Assembly: GCA_020349905.1 (NCBI GenBank)
Contig: CP070702.1
Location: forward strand, 2,423,176 to 2,487,175
DNA length: 64,000 nucleotides
Direction: 5' to 3'
From: Candidatus Eiseniibacteriota bacterium
Lineage (GTDB): Bacteria; Eisenbacteria; RBG-16-71-46; JAFGJU01
Shown: in pieces, positions 9,652 through 19,691 of the stretch
Position numbering within the stretch: the stretch's first letter is position 1
Layout: every line of letters starts with the position of its first letter
Made by a program: the position numbers and the translations under genes
The notes under the pieces: generated by a model
Database searches by the model: none
Seen by the model: only the letters and a program-made list of their open reading frames with translations
Told to the model about the DNA's origin: nothing

Positions 9652-9972
9652 TCACCCCTCACACAAGACTGCCGTCCCGCTGGCGCTCACCATGAGCATG
9701 GACCCCTTCCCTATGGTCTCGTAGTCGAGGTCGACGCCTATGACCGCGTTCCCGCCCAGAGATTGCGCCTTCAGTTCCATCTCGCTTATGGCGAGTTCTT
9801 TCGCGTGCCTGAGCTCACCTTCGTAAGAGGCGGAACGCCCGCCGACGATGTCCGTTATACTCGCAAACACGTCCTTTACGATGTTCGCGCCCAGGATGGC
9901 CTCTCCGCTCACGAGTCCGAGATAGCGAGTGATTCTCTTGCCCTCGATGTTGGGAGTGGTTGTAACCAGCAT
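9652..9972 (-). CDS. YbjQ/UPF0145 family protein
   Basis: 106 aa. [29 protein letters not shown]...GGRS..YE is characteristic of UPF0145. Confidence 0.85.
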   Translation of the reverse strand: MLVTTTPNIEGKRITRYLGLVSGEAILGANIVKDVFASITDIVGGRSASYEGELRHAKELAISEMELKAQSLGGNAVIGVDLDYETIGKGSMLMVSASGTAVLCEG

Positions 9973-9988
9973 GAGAGTTCCTCCTTTT

Positions 9989-10897
9989 TCAATCGTTCCT
10001 ACGGGCCACGACTTCGAAATATAGCCTCTTTCTCATCGGAATGGCAAGCACGTGCACCGGCAGCATCAGGAAGTGAACGAAGAAGGGTCTCGTGAAGGGC
10101 CTGTATCTCCTCCATTCATATTCTCCAGCGAAGTTCTTGAGCCTCGCCATATCGAGCCCCGCTTCGGTCAGGGCCTTCTTGAGCGAGCTTCTGGTGAACC
10201 CGCTCACGTGGTACGGCGACTTGAAGGGACACAGGCGGGCCGAGAGTTCTCCCGAGCCGGACAGGTGAAAGAGAAGCTGTCTGGCATCATTGTAAAGAGA
10301 GTCTTCGTTGGGAACGCCGAAGAAGAGAACGCCTCCCGTGCGCAGAATCCGCTTCACCTCTCGCAAAAGACTCAGCGGGTCGACCACGTGCTCCAGGACA
10401 GAATTCATGTATACGGAGTCGAAGAAACCATCCTCAAACGAGGCGTTGAAGAGGTTGCCCTTGATGAAGTTTATTCCCGCGCCTCTTGCCTTCACGGTCC
10501 TGTTATCGGAGATGTCCACGCCGTATGCGCTCCAGCCCCTTGATGCGGCCTCCAGGAGGACCTCTCCTCTCCCACAACCAACGTCCAGAAAGCGCAACAC
10601 CTCACGGTCCGAGTGCACCTGAAGCCAGTCGAGCTGCCACGCTCTATCCCGCCTCTTCTTCTCCGCCCACCAGGGAAGCATCTCCTCGAAGTAATCGTCT
10701 CCGTAGAGGCGCTGCCACTCCTGTTGGCTGAGCGATATCCCGGGAGTGACGAAGTAGAATCTGCAGGCCAAGCACATCACGACACGGTAGTCCGAGCGAA
10801 CGAAGGGAGCGGCTTGAGGAGAAACCTGAGGTTTCCCGACCGCGATTACCTTGCTGCCACCGCAGATGGGGCACTGGTGAGACTGTGGTTCGGTCAT
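9989..10897 (-). CDS. Class I SAM-dependent methyltransferase with N-terminal Cys4 zinc ribbon
   Basis: CPICGG...CLACRF followed by the SAM motif [11 protein letters not shown] and VLEHV. Start placed at ATG 10897 ([14 protein letters not shown]). Confidence 0.8.
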   Translation of the reverse strand: MTEPQSHQCPICGGSKVIAVGKPQVSPQAAPFVRSDYRVVMCLACRFYFVTPGISLSQQEWQRLYGDDYFEEMLPWWAEKKRRDRAWQLDWLQVHSDREVLRFLDVGCGRGEVLLEAASRGWSAYGVDISDNRTVKARGAGINFIKGNLFNASFEDGFFDSVYMNSVLEHVVDPLSLLREVKRILRTGGVLFFGVPNEDSLYNDARQLLFHLSGSGELSARLCPFKSPYHVSGFTRSSLKKALTEAGLDMARLKNFAGEYEWRRYRPFTRPFFVHFLMLPVHVLAIPMRKRLYFEVVARRND

Positions 10898-11093
10898 GGC
10901 GCTGGAACCAGGTGGTGGTTCAAAGTCACAACGAGGAAGCACAATCCGCACAGCTATTCCCGCAGACGGATTAGGGGAAATCATGGATTTCCCCTTTATC
11001 CTAAGCCCTATGTGATTTCTCAATTTCTCGAGCGCGACGCCCGGCCACGCGACGGGGCGCGGGCAGCCAGACGGCTCGAGTCAGAAAGCCCTC

Positions 11094-11360
11094 CTAGTAT
11101 CTCCTGAACTCTCTCCGCTCCCTGTTGCGAGGAGGACGTGCCTCGTCCACTCTCAGCGTCCGCCCCAGGAACTCGGTCCCGTTCAGGGCCTCCTTGGCTT
11201 TCTCGGCTTCCTCGGAACTCGACATCTCGACGAAGCCAAATCCCTTGCCCTCTATCACGTTCACCTGCTTGACTTCACCGTGTGCCGAGAACAAGTCCTG
11301 CAACTGTTCGTTAGTGGCAGAATAACTCAGATTTCCAACGTAAAGCTTACTACCTTGCAT
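11094..11360 (-). CDS. RRM-type RNA-binding protein
   Basis: RNP2 KLYVGNL and RNP1 KGFGFVEM, with a short Arg-rich tail. 88 aa. Confidence 0.9.
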   Translation of the reverse strand: MQGSKLYVGNLSYSATNEQLQDLFSAHGEVKQVNVIEGKGFGFVEMSSSEEAEKAKEALNGTEFLGRTLRVDEARPPRNRERREFRRY

Positions 11361-11929
11361 CCGAAACTCCTTCTTCCTCTTCTCTCAGTCCAATAATGTC
11401 TCTCGGAAAGGCAGAAGCAAGATAGCAATCCAGACCTCTCAGGGGGCAACATTATCAAACAGAAGAGAACCATTCGCGAAACCCGGTCAACGAGAGTCAA
11501 AAGACTGTCTATACCACCTCCTCGCTTCGACTGTCAGCTATGCACGCCACGATGTTCTTCTTGAGATTCTCAAGGAGATGGGGCCGAGTGAGTAGCACCA
11601 GGCAGCAGAACGCGGAAGCGCAGTCGCTATGAGCAGTCGTCATTTGCACGGCGGGAAACTCAACCTGTTCCCTTAAAGCGTTTCGCCAGCTTCTACCCAC
11701 ACGCAGAAGCTCGCGAGCAACCCTCGGTTCGTGGATTCAAGGCCATAATAGCGCATGGGAGTCACTTTGTCAACCGGTAATTGTCAGCCGCGCATGACGT
11801 TCCAATCCCGAGTCGGAGCCGCTTACGGGCCGCTCATCGCGGGCCTCTCGGGGACAAGTCCTGGGAGCGCCCCACGACCGGGTGAAGAGCTTCTCAGGAG
11901 GCAAGAGGTCCCGCTGCAGCTGGATCTCT

Positions 11930-13045
11930 TTAAGGAGCCTCCTCCTCCGCCATCAGTCTCACCCTCTCCAGAAGCGTTTCCACCATGTCCGCTTCCCTGA
12001 CCTTCCCCACGATTCTGCCCCTGCTAAAGAGTAACCCCTCGCCCTTTCCCCCGGCGATGCCGACGTCCGCCTGCCTCGCCTCGCCGGGTCCGTTCACCCC
12101 GCAGCCCATGACGGCTATGGCCAGCGGGGTTCTGAGTGAGCGTGTTCGCCTTTCGACCTCTCTCGCTATTCTCTGAACGTCTATCTCACATCTCCCGCAC
12201 GTGGGGCAGCATATCACCACGGGCCCGGTCTCCCTCAGACCCAACGCCCCCAGGATGAGGAACCCCACTTCGACTTCCTTGACCGGACTGGCAGCCAGGG
12301 AAACTCTCACCGCATCGCCTATGCCTTCCGAAAGAAGCACCGCCACTCCGACCGCAGAAACCACGGACCCCCTCAAGAGAGTGCCCGCCTCCGTTATGCC
12401 CACGTGAAGGGGATATCTTACGGCGGAGCTCAGCGTCCTGTACGCACGGACAGTAGTGGCCACGTCGGACGACTTGACCGAGATGAGGACGTCGCGGAAG
12501 TCGAGCTTCTCCAGAATGGAAACGTGCTCGAGCGCGCTCTCGACCATCGCCTCGTGCACAGCGTTGTCCGCGAAGCGAGCAGCGGCCGTCTTGGACAACG
12601 AACCTGCGTTGACGCCGACTCGAATCGAGGCGCGCTTCTCCTGGGCCGAGCGGACCACCGCCTCCACCTTCCTCCTGTCAGCTATGTTGCCGGGATTGAG
12701 CCGTATTCCTGCCACGCCTTCCTCAAGCGCAGCGAGCGCCAGCCTGTGGTCGAAGTGGACGTCCGCAACCACGGGGATACGTGAACGCTGCACTACGTGT
12801 CCCAGCGCCCTGGCTGCAGCCATGTCAGGAACCGCGATTCTCACGAGCTCGCACCCTGCGCGCTCGAGGGCCCGGACCTGCTTGAGCGTGGCCGCAGCGT
12901 CCCTCGTGTCGGTCTTGGTCATGGACTCGACCACAACGGGGGCACCGCCGCCCACGCGCAGCGGGCCGACCATCACGGGGACTGTCTTCCGGCGTCTCCA
13001 CGGAAGTTCCTGGACTTTGCCTGTGTTTCCTCTAAGCTTCATCAA
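11930..13045 (-). CDS. ispG: 4-hydroxy-3-methylbut-2-en-1-yl diphosphate synthase
   Basis: VGGGAPVVVESMT, the GNIADRRK region, and the C-terminal cluster ligands CPTCGRC...GCGVNGPGE. Confidence 0.92.
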   Translation of the reverse strand: MMKLRGNTGKVQELPWRRRKTVPVMVGPLRVGGGAPVVVESMTKTDTRDAAATLKQVRALERAGCELVRIAVPDMAAARALGHVVQRSRIPVVADVHFDHRLALAALEEGVAGIRLNPGNIADRRKVEAVVRSAQEKRASIRVGVNAGSLSKTAAARFADNAVHEAMVESALEHVSILEKLDFRDVLISVKSSDVATTVRAYRTLSSAVRYPLHVGITEAGTLLRGSVVSAVGVAVLLSEGIGDAVRVSLAASPVKEVEVGFLILGALGLRETGPVVICCPTCGRCEIDVQRIAREVERRTRSLRTPLAIAVMGCGVNGPGEARQADVGIAGGKGEGLLFSRGRIVGKVREADMVETLLERVRLMAEEEAP

Positions 13046-13074
13046 CTCTCCCCGCCACCGACCGGGCCCAGCCC

Positions 13075-15003
13075 CTATCCCTGCTCCCGGATCTGCTCCC
13101 GGATGCCCTTTCCCGAGAGAATCCTGGTGTCTCCCTGCCGTTTGGTGACACCCTTCCTGTCGAAGTGCTCCAGAAGCGGAACTGCGTACTTTCGAGTGCT
13201 CTTTATCAGGTTCTTGAAATCCGTGACTTGCATCTTCCCGTTCTTAGAAAGAAAAGACTTAAGAAGCTCCTCTGCCCTCTTTACGTTCGCAGAATGAAAG
13301 TACAATTCTGACGTGACCTTCACCACGACCCCTTCTTCCACGAGAATCCCAAGTATGTCGGTCACCTTCTCAATCCCTTCAGAGGAAGCCAATTCCTTGA
13401 GAAGGGGGACGCCGAATCCGACCTCCAGCAACTTCTTTTCAATCGCGGCCTTCAGTCCTGCCTCTTCGGGTGTAAGAGCCAGCTCCTGAGAATCCGCTCT
13501 GTACCTGTCTTCCTTCTTGAAGAGCTTCCCCTCCTCAACGAGCGAATCCACAGCGGCGGAAAAGAGCTCCCCCGTTACAGCATCAAACCTCTTCCTGAGC
13601 TCTCCCCTGGTCATCCCCCACCTCAACCTGTGGAGCCGCTGGTAATCTCTCAAGTGCTGCCCTATCTCGGTCTTGAGGGACGAGAACGTGCCGGCGTGAA
13701 CGAGCGAGTCTCCCACTTTCAGAATCCGGCCCCGAGCCGTGAGCTCTCCTGCGAGCTTCTCTGCTTGCTTAAGGTCCACGCCTGCTTCCCTCGCGAGAGC
13801 TGACAGTCCTACGCCCTTCTTACCACCGGCACAAACAGCGTGTTCAATTCTCTCCAGGGGACTTCCTTCCTCGACAAGAGCCAGGAAATCTATGACACCG
13901 CTGTCTTTCTTCCTGTGCTTGGAGGCGTTGGGAACCAGGACGCTGCCCCCTCCGATAGTCACTTGAGGGGAGTAAGAGCGCAGCACGAACCTGTCGCCCT
14001 CAACGGAAACCGCAGGAGATTCCAGCCGCAATTGTGCGAACGCACCCTCTCCGGGTTGCAGTTCTTCCCTGTCCAGGAAGTAGATTCGCCCGATGACTTC
14101 GCTGGCCCCCAGGTGAAACCGCACCCTGCTCCTGTTCTTGAGAGGTCTGGATGCCTCCTCAAGAAGTTCGAATCTGACGTCGACCATGAAGCCAGGGCTG
14201 GTCGCGCCAGGTGTTACAACCCAGTACCCCCTGTCGAGTTCCTCACGAGAGACTCCGTGCAGGGCAAGCGCCACTCTCTGGCCGGGCAAGGCTTCCTTCA
14301 TGTCGTCTCCGAAGACCTGAACGTTTCTAACCCTTACCTTCTTGCCTGCGGGCAGGATGTCGAGAGAATCTCCGACCGCTATCCGCCCGCTCCACAGAGT
14401 CCCCGTGACCACCGTACCGAAACCCTCGACCGTGAAGACCCTGTCCACGGGCAGCCGGGCAAACTGTCCCGTGGGCTTTTCCTTGACGTTCAGCGCTGCT
14501 TCGTCGAGGGCCGTGAGGATTTCCCTTCTCCCGCTTCCCGAGACCGAAGAGACTGGGACGATCGGGGCGTTCTGGAGTATCGTTCCTTTCACGAGCGACT
14601 TCACGTCTGCACGTACCATGTCGAGCCAGGCTTCGTCCGCGAGATCGCTCTTGGTGAGAGCAATTACTCCTCCGTTTACCTGCAGGATGTTGACGATTTC
14701 CAGGTGTTCCGAGGTCTGCGGCATCACGCCCTCGTCGGCGGCTACCACGAACAAGACGACGTCGATGCCGCCGGCTCCCGCCAGCATGGTCTTTACAAAA
14801 CGCTCGTGGCCCGGCACGTCAACGATTCCAGCATCTATTCCGGAGGGGAGACGAAGATGTGCAAAGCCGAGGTCGATGGAGATTCCCCGTTCTTTCTCCT
14901 CCTTCAACCTGTCGGTGTCTACGTCAGTGAGAAGCTTGACAAGAGCGGTCTTTCCGTGGTCGATGTGCCCCGCCGTGCCGATGACCACGTGTCTCCTGGG
15001 CAT
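13075..15003 (-). CDS. selB: Selenocysteine-specific translation elongation factor
   Basis: GTPase motifs GHIDHGKT, DVPGHERF and TKSD, EF-Tu-like domains II/III, and a long C-terminal winged-helix region. 642 aa. Confidence 0.88.
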   Translation of the reverse strand: MPRRHVVIGTAGHIDHGKTALVKLLTDVDTDRLKEEKERGISIDLGFAHLRLPSGIDAGIVDVPGHERFVKTMLAGAGGIDVVLFVVAADEGVMPQTSEHLEIVNILQVNGGVIALTKSDLADEAWLDMVRADVKSLVKGTILQNAPIVPVSSVSGSGRREILTALDEAALNVKEKPTGQFARLPVDRVFTVEGFGTVVTGTLWSGRIAVGDSLDILPAGKKVRVRNVQVFGDDMKEALPGQRVALALHGVSREELDRGYWVVTPGATSPGFMVDVRFELLEEASRPLKNRSRVRFHLGASEVIGRIYFLDREELQPGEGAFAQLRLESPAVSVEGDRFVLRSYSPQVTIGGGSVLVPNASKHRKKDSGVIDFLALVEEGSPLERIEHAVCAGGKKGVGLSALAREAGVDLKQAEKLAGELTARGRILKVGDSLVHAGTFSSLKTEIGQHLRDYQRLHRLRWGMTRGELRKRFDAVTGELFSAAVDSLVEEGKLFKKEDRYRADSQELALTPEEAGLKAAIEKKLLEVGFGVPLLKELASSEGIEKVTDILGILVEEGVVVKVTSELYFHSANVKRAEELLKSFLSKNGKMQVTDFKNLIKSTRKYAVPLLEHFDRKGVTKRQGDTRILSGKGIREQIREQG

Positions 15004-15005
15004 CC

Positions 15006-16259
15006 TCAGGCCTCCTCGCGCCAGATCTCGGCGCCAAGAGCGGAGAGCTTTTTCTCTATCCTCTCGTAACCGCGGTCTATGTGATATATCCTGGATACCT
15101 CTGTTCTTCCGTCTGCGATGAGCCCGGCGAGTATGAGCGCCGCGCTGGCCCGCAGGTCCGTGGCCATGACTTGCGCCGAGCCCAGCGCCGGCATCCCCCT
15201 TACCGTCGCGACGTTTCCTTCCACCTTGATGTCTGCGTTCATGCGTCTCAGCTCGGGCACGTGAGTGAAGCGGTCACGGTATATGTTCTCCACGAAGACG
15301 CTCGTTCCTTCAGCCACGCACATCAGGGCCATCATCTGCGCCTGCATGTCTGTCGGGAAACCCGGGTAAGGTGCGGTGGTGATGGCCACCGACTCTGGTC
15401 TTCTGCTTGCAGACACTATGAGCTCGGAATCGCTCTGCATGACCTGAACACCTGCCTCCGCGAGCTTCGATATCACCGAGACGCAGTGCGCCGGGATGCA
15501 GTTCGCGACACGCACGGTCCCGGCCGTTATCGCGGCCGCCACCATGTAGGTTCCGGCTTCGATGCGGTCCGGTATCACGGAGTCCTGCGCCGGCTTGAGT
15601 TCTCTCACTCCCTCTATCGCGATGACCGTCGTCCCTGCTCCCGAAATGTTGGCCCCCATCTTGGTCAGAAAAGCGGCGAGGGCCTCTATCTCGGGCTCAC
15701 ACGCCGCGTTTCGAAGAACCGTCCTGCCTTCTGCAAGACAGGCGGCCATCATTGCGTTCCCCGTCGCGCCCACGCTGGATATCTCGAAATGGATCTCTCT
15801 GCCCTTCAGCTTCTCCGCGCTCGCCACGATGTATCCGTGCTCAATGTCCACCTCCGCCCCGAGTTCTCTCATGGCGCTCAGGTGCAGGTCCACCGGTCTG
15901 GGACCCCAGGCACAACCTCCGGGCAAAGAGACGCGCGCCCTCTTGAAGCGCGCGAGCAACGGCCCCAGTACGTAAACAGAGGCCCTCATCGTTCTGACAA
16001 GCTCGTAGGGAGCTTCGAACGAATCGCATCCCGCTGCGTCGATAGTGAGTGTGCCGGCATCGAGAGAGACCGAGGCCCCCAGCGTTTCCAGCATCTGCTT
16101 CATCGTGCTGACGTCCCTGAGAGCGGGCACGTTGGCCAGAACGCTTTTCCCCGGTGCCAGGATGGACGCGGCCATAATGGGAAGGGCGGCGTTCTTGGAA
16201 CCCGCGATTTCCACTTTGCCGGAGAGTCTTCGCCCTCCCTGAATTACGATCTTTTCCAC
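15006..16259 (-). CDS. murA: UDP-N-acetylglucosamine 1-carboxyvinyltransferase
   Basis: VEKIVIQGGRRLSGKVEIAGSKNAALPIMAA and the active-site segment LPGGCAWGPRPVDLH. Start placed at GTG 16259. The listed ORF carries a 71-aa Arg/Gly-rich extension with no homology logic. Confidence 0.9.
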   Translation of the reverse strand: MEKIVIQGGRRLSGKVEIAGSKNAALPIMAASILAPGKSVLANVPALRDVSTMKQMLETLGASVSLDAGTLTIDAAGCDSFEAPYELVRTMRASVYVLGPLLARFKRARVSLPGGCAWGPRPVDLHLSAMRELGAEVDIEHGYIVASAEKLKGREIHFEISSVGATGNAMMAACLAEGRTVLRNAACEPEIEALAAFLTKMGANISGAGTTVIAIEGVRELKPAQDSVIPDRIEAGTYMVAAAITAGTVRVANCIPAHCVSVISKLAEAGVQVMQSDSELIVSASRRPESVAITTAPYPGFPTDMQAQMMALMCVAEGTSVFVENIYRDRFTHVPELRRMNADIKVEGNVATVRGMPALGSAQVMATDLRASAALILAGLIADGRTEVSRIYHIDRGYERIEKKLSALGAEIWREEA

Positions 16260-16452
16260 CGCTTCGTCTCCGTGAAAAGGTCCTTGCGAGCGACGCCGAA
16301 CCCGCCCGGATGTTAGCACAACACCCCGGGTGCCGCAATCTGCGGTACCCGGTCGCACGACGCCAAGGACATTCCGAGCTTGCAGATGCGGGGGACGTCC
16401 ACGGCCTCCGAGCACATTCCAAACCTTCAGATCCGCAGAACTAGGTAGATGT

Positions 16453-17310
16453 TCAGCTCTTTCGCGCAACAAGTATGCGCTCGATGCCGGACAGGTCTCT
16501 GACCGTTTCTACCGCCTCCAGCCCGGCGGCGACTGCCGCCCGCCTTGCTTCCTGGGCCTGGTTCACTCCGATTTCAAGTACCAGCCAGCCGTCTTTCGCA
16601 AGTAGGTGCGGACCCTGCCTTAGAATCTCGCGCACGTACCGGAGACCGTCGTCTCCACCGTCCAGCGCCGCGGTCGGCTCGTGCCGGCTCACTTCGGGCG
16701 CGAGGAGGGGAATCTCCGAGGAGCAGACGTAGGGGGGGTTCGAAACCAGGAGGTGCAGGCGTCCGGCGATGCGCCGCGTGTCAAGGGCGGAGAACAGGTC
16801 TCCCACGTGAAGTAATACCCTGTCTGACACTTCGTGTGCTGCTGCGTTGAGCCGTGCAATCTCTATCGCCCGCCGAGAGACGTCGTTGGCGTGCACGATG
16901 GCCCCTCCACATCTCAGGGCCAGAGTGACTGCCACGACCCCGCTCCCGGTCCCCAGCTCCAGGACCGAAGGGGACCTCACGCCCTCTAGCTTTCTCTCGG
17001 CTTCGATTGCCAGAAGCTCGGTTTCCGGCCTTGGGATGAACACTCCCGTCGCTATCGAGAAGTCACGCCCCAGGAATTCCACCTTACCGGTTAGGTACTC
17101 AAGTGGAACGCGAGACACTCTTCGTTCCAGGAGTTTCTTGGCTTCTCCCAGTTGCGACCCGGAAAGCTCTTCGCCCCCGGCCAGGAGCAGGCCGGCCCTG
17201 TCAACGCCCAGCACGGCGCTCAAGAGAGCCTGCGCCTGCAGCTGCGGATTCTCGATTCCTGCCTGGTTAAGTGTGCGGACGGAGATGGAAAGGAATTCGG
17301 ATACTGTCAA
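16453..17310 (-). CDS. prmC: Release factor glutamine N5-methyltransferase
   Basis: NPPY motif (VSNPPYV) and SAM motif LELGTGSGVVA. TTG start at 17310 with GGAGGG 9 nt upstream. Lies directly downstream of prfA. Confidence 0.88.
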   Translation of the reverse strand: MTVSEFLSISVRTLNQAGIENPQLQAQALLSAVLGVDRAGLLLAGGEELSGSQLGEAKKLLERRVSRVPLEYLTGKVEFLGRDFSIATGVFIPRPETELLAIEAERKLEGVRSPSVLELGTGSGVVAVTLALRCGGAIVHANDVSRRAIEIARLNAAAHEVSDRVLLHVGDLFSALDTRRIAGRLHLLVSNPPYVCSSEIPLLAPEVSRHEPTAALDGGDDGLRYVREILRQGPHLLAKDGWLVLEIGVNQAQEARRAAVAAGLEAVETVRDLSGIERILVARKS

Positions 17311-17326
17311 GTCCCTGTGCCCTCCG

Positions 17327-17362
17327 CTCTGCGCTCGGCTCTGCGCTCGGCTCTGCGCACGA
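17327..17362. repeat. 12-bp tandem repeat x3 (CTCTGCGCTCGG; last copy has 2 mismatches) in the prfA-prmC spacer
   Basis: Read directly: ctctgcgctcgg ctctgcgctcgg ctctgcgcacga. Confidence 0.9.
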
Positions 17363-17370
17363 GCTCCGGC

Positions 17371-18426
17371 CTAGAGCTTGTCTCTCGCGGCACTCAGGGC
17401 TTCCACCAGTTCGTCCAGACCACCCTCCAGAATCGTGTCGAGCCTGTACAGAGTCAGCCCGATCCTGTGGTCTGTGACCCTTCCTTGAGGGAAATTGTAG
17501 GTGCGGATCTTGGCGCTTCTGTCTCCGGAGGAGACCTGGGCACGTCTGGTTTCGGCGATTTCGGTTTCCTGTTGCTCCTGCTTAAGCGCCAGCAACCTGG
17601 CCCGAAGGACCTTCAGGGCCTTCGCCTTGTTCTTGAGCTGGGAGCGCTCGTCCTGACACTGGACGACAAGACCGGTCGGCAGGTGCTTTATTCGAACCGC
17701 AGAATCCGCCGTGTTCACGCTCTGTCCTCCTGGGCCGGAGGAGCGAAACACGTCTATCTCCAGCTCTTTCGGGTCTATCTCGACCTCTACCTCTTCCGCC
17801 TCAGGGAGAATGGCCACCGTGACCGCCGAGGTGTGGATTCGCCCGCTGGCCTCGGTGACGGGCACCCTCTGGACTCTGTGCACACCGCTCTCGTAGCGCA
17901 GGTGACTGAAGGCGCCGCGGCCCTCGATGAGGAATATTATCTCTTTGAGCCCCCCCACACCCGTCAGGCTGCTGTTCATTATCTCGATCTTCCAGTCCTT
18001 TGACTCGGCATACTTCATGTACATCCTGGAGAGGTCGGACGCGAAGAGAGCCGCTTCTTCTCCTCCGGTGCCTGCCCGGATCTCCACTATAACGTTTCGT
18101 TCATCGTTGGGGTCCTTCGGCACCAGTAGATGTCTCAGCTCCTCTTCCAGGGAGTCGAGTCTTTCGCGGAGCTCTTCGAGCTCGCCTCTGGCAATCCCCA
18201 CCAGCTCCTGGTCTTTGGAGCTCTCGATGATCTGCTCGTCCTCCGCGATGTTCTGCGCCACGGAGCTGTATTCTTTCCACTTCTCCACTATGGGCTCGAG
18301 TGCGCCTCTCTCTTTGGCCACGTCGCGAAGCTTCTGCGGGTCGGACAGCACCGCGGTATCCGCCAGCTTCTCCGTGAGCTCCTCGTATCTGGCTCTGATC
18401 GTCTGGATCTCTTCGAACATGGACAT
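17371..18426 (-). CDS. prfA: Peptide chain release factor 1
   Basis: GGQ motif (GPGGQSVN) and the RF1-type PxT tripeptide (RVPVTE). ATG 18426 is preceded by GGGAGG and overlaps the upstream stop as TGATG. Ends in TAG. Confidence 0.92.
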   Translation of the reverse strand: MSMFEEIQTIRARYEELTEKLADTAVLSDPQKLRDVAKERGALEPIVEKWKEYSSVAQNIAEDEQIIESSKDQELVGIARGELEELRERLDSLEEELRHLLVPKDPNDERNVIVEIRAGTGGEEAALFASDLSRMYMKYAESKDWKIEIMNSSLTGVGGLKEIIFLIEGRGAFSHLRYESGVHRVQRVPVTEASGRIHTSAVTVAILPEAEEVEVEIDPKELEIDVFRSSGPGGQSVNTADSAVRIKHLPTGLVVQCQDERSQLKNKAKALKVLRARLLALKQEQQETEIAETRRAQVSSGDRSAKIRTYNFPQGRVTDHRIGLTLYRLDTILEGGLDELVEALSAARDKL

Positions 18427-19355
18427 CAGAGAACCTCCCGAAGGGCTCTTAACGCCACCTCGACCTGTTCTCGCGTCGGCTCTCTCGTAGTCATCCTCTG
18501 CAGCCACAATCCCGGCTTAATCAGAATCGAGGCCCACGCCTTTTTTGCGTGCTTCCCCGAGAGTTTTGTGAATTCGAACGCGACGCCTGCGATGAAGGGT
18601 ATGAAGAGAAAGCGTATCCCTCTCTCTCCCCAGCTCTCGGGCTTTCCCAGGGCGATGAATACGAAGAGACTTATTATCACCACCATGAGCAGAAAGCTCG
18701 TTCCACACCTGGCGTGTAGCGTGCTGTGCTTCATGGCGTTCTCCACCGTGAGTTCTTCGCGCGCCTCAAAGGCGTGAATAGACTTGTGCTCGGCCCCGTG
18801 GTACTGATAGAGCTTTCTCATCTCGCCCCAGAGTCCCACCAGGCGAATATACAGGACGAAGACCGCGAGCCTGACCGCACCGTCCACCACGTTGAACCAG
18901 AAGCCGCTCTGCACGCCCATCCTCTCCGCCACGAACAGCGGAAGATAGAAGAACAGAAGAAACGCAATCCCCAGAGATACGATCACGGTTGCGACAAGGC
19001 TTGCAGTCGTGGCAGCGCCACCGGGCTTCTTCACGGCCCCGGATTCCTCCGCCGCCGCGGTCCCCTCCTCGTTCAGCGCCTCTTCCGCCGAATACGTGAG
19101 GGCACTGAGGCCCAGGGAGAGCGTCTCGATGAGAATCACGGCCCCCCGCAGTACGGGCAGTCCGAGCATCTTCTTCCGCCTCGAAAGGGAGACGAAAGGT
19201 CGCTTTCGGACGGTGATGTCGCCTGCGGGCCTGCGCACGGCGGTGGCAACGACTTTGGGGGACCTCATCATGACCCCCTCGATGACCGCCTGGCCACCTA
19301 CCGACACCTGCTCCGAATTACTGAGAACGCGGAAAAGAAAGGGGAGGGACAACAC
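18426..19355 (-). CDS. DUF1385 (YqhQ-like) membrane protein
   Basis: [14 protein letters not shown] near the N-terminus, several TM segments, and HGAEHK. Occupies the conserved position between rpmE and prfA. Confidence 0.8.
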   Translation of the reverse strand: MLSLPFLFRVLSNSEQVSVGGQAVIEGVMMRSPKVVATAVRRPAGDITVRKRPFVSLSRRKKMLGLPVLRGAVILIETLSLGLSALTYSAEEALNEEGTAAAEESGAVKKPGGAATTASLVATVIVSLGIAFLLFFYLPLFVAERMGVQSGFWFNVVDGAVRLAVFVLYIRLVGLWGEMRKLYQYHGAEHKSIHAFEAREELTVENAMKHSTLHARCGTSFLLMVVIISLFVFIALGKPESWGERGIRFLFIPFIAGVAFEFTKLSGKHAKKAWASILIKPGLWLQRMTTREPTREQVEVALRALREVL

Positions 19356-19367
19356 AAACGGTCCTTT

Positions 19368-19622
19368 TCAGGCCTGAGCATCTCCGGACTCGGACGCCTT
19401 GCTCTTCTCGCCCGACCTGGCACCCCGGGAATACTTCCTTCTGAATCTCTCGACCCTGCCCGCGGTGTCGACGAGCTTCTGCTTCCCCGTGAAGAACGGA
19501 TGGCAGTTTGAGCAGATCTCGACGTGTATGTCTTTGGCGGTGGAGCGAGTCTCTATCACGTTCCCGCAGACACAGATGATCTTGCTCTCTTGATAGGGTG
19601 GGTGGATGTCTTTCTTCATCAA
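19368..19622 (-). CDS. rpmE: 50S ribosomal protein L31 (Zn-binding form)
   Basis: MKKDIHPPY..., CxC...[13 protein letters not shown]. Confidence 0.92.
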   Translation of the reverse strand: MMKKDIHPPYQESKIICVCGNVIETRSTAKDIHVEICSNCHPFFTGKQKLVDTAGRVERFRRKYSRGARSGEKSKASESGDAQA

Positions 19623-19691
19623 TCTTCTCCCTCAGACGCTTTTGCCCCCGGTGGGCCCCAACAGACTCTGAACGCCCACGGGCGACGTGCA

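Noticed and set aside
11509-11700. 63-aa minus-strand ORF in the ispG / RRM spacer
   Set aside because: It has no RBS, mixed codon bias and no recognisable motif. It is retained only as part of the long-leader observation.
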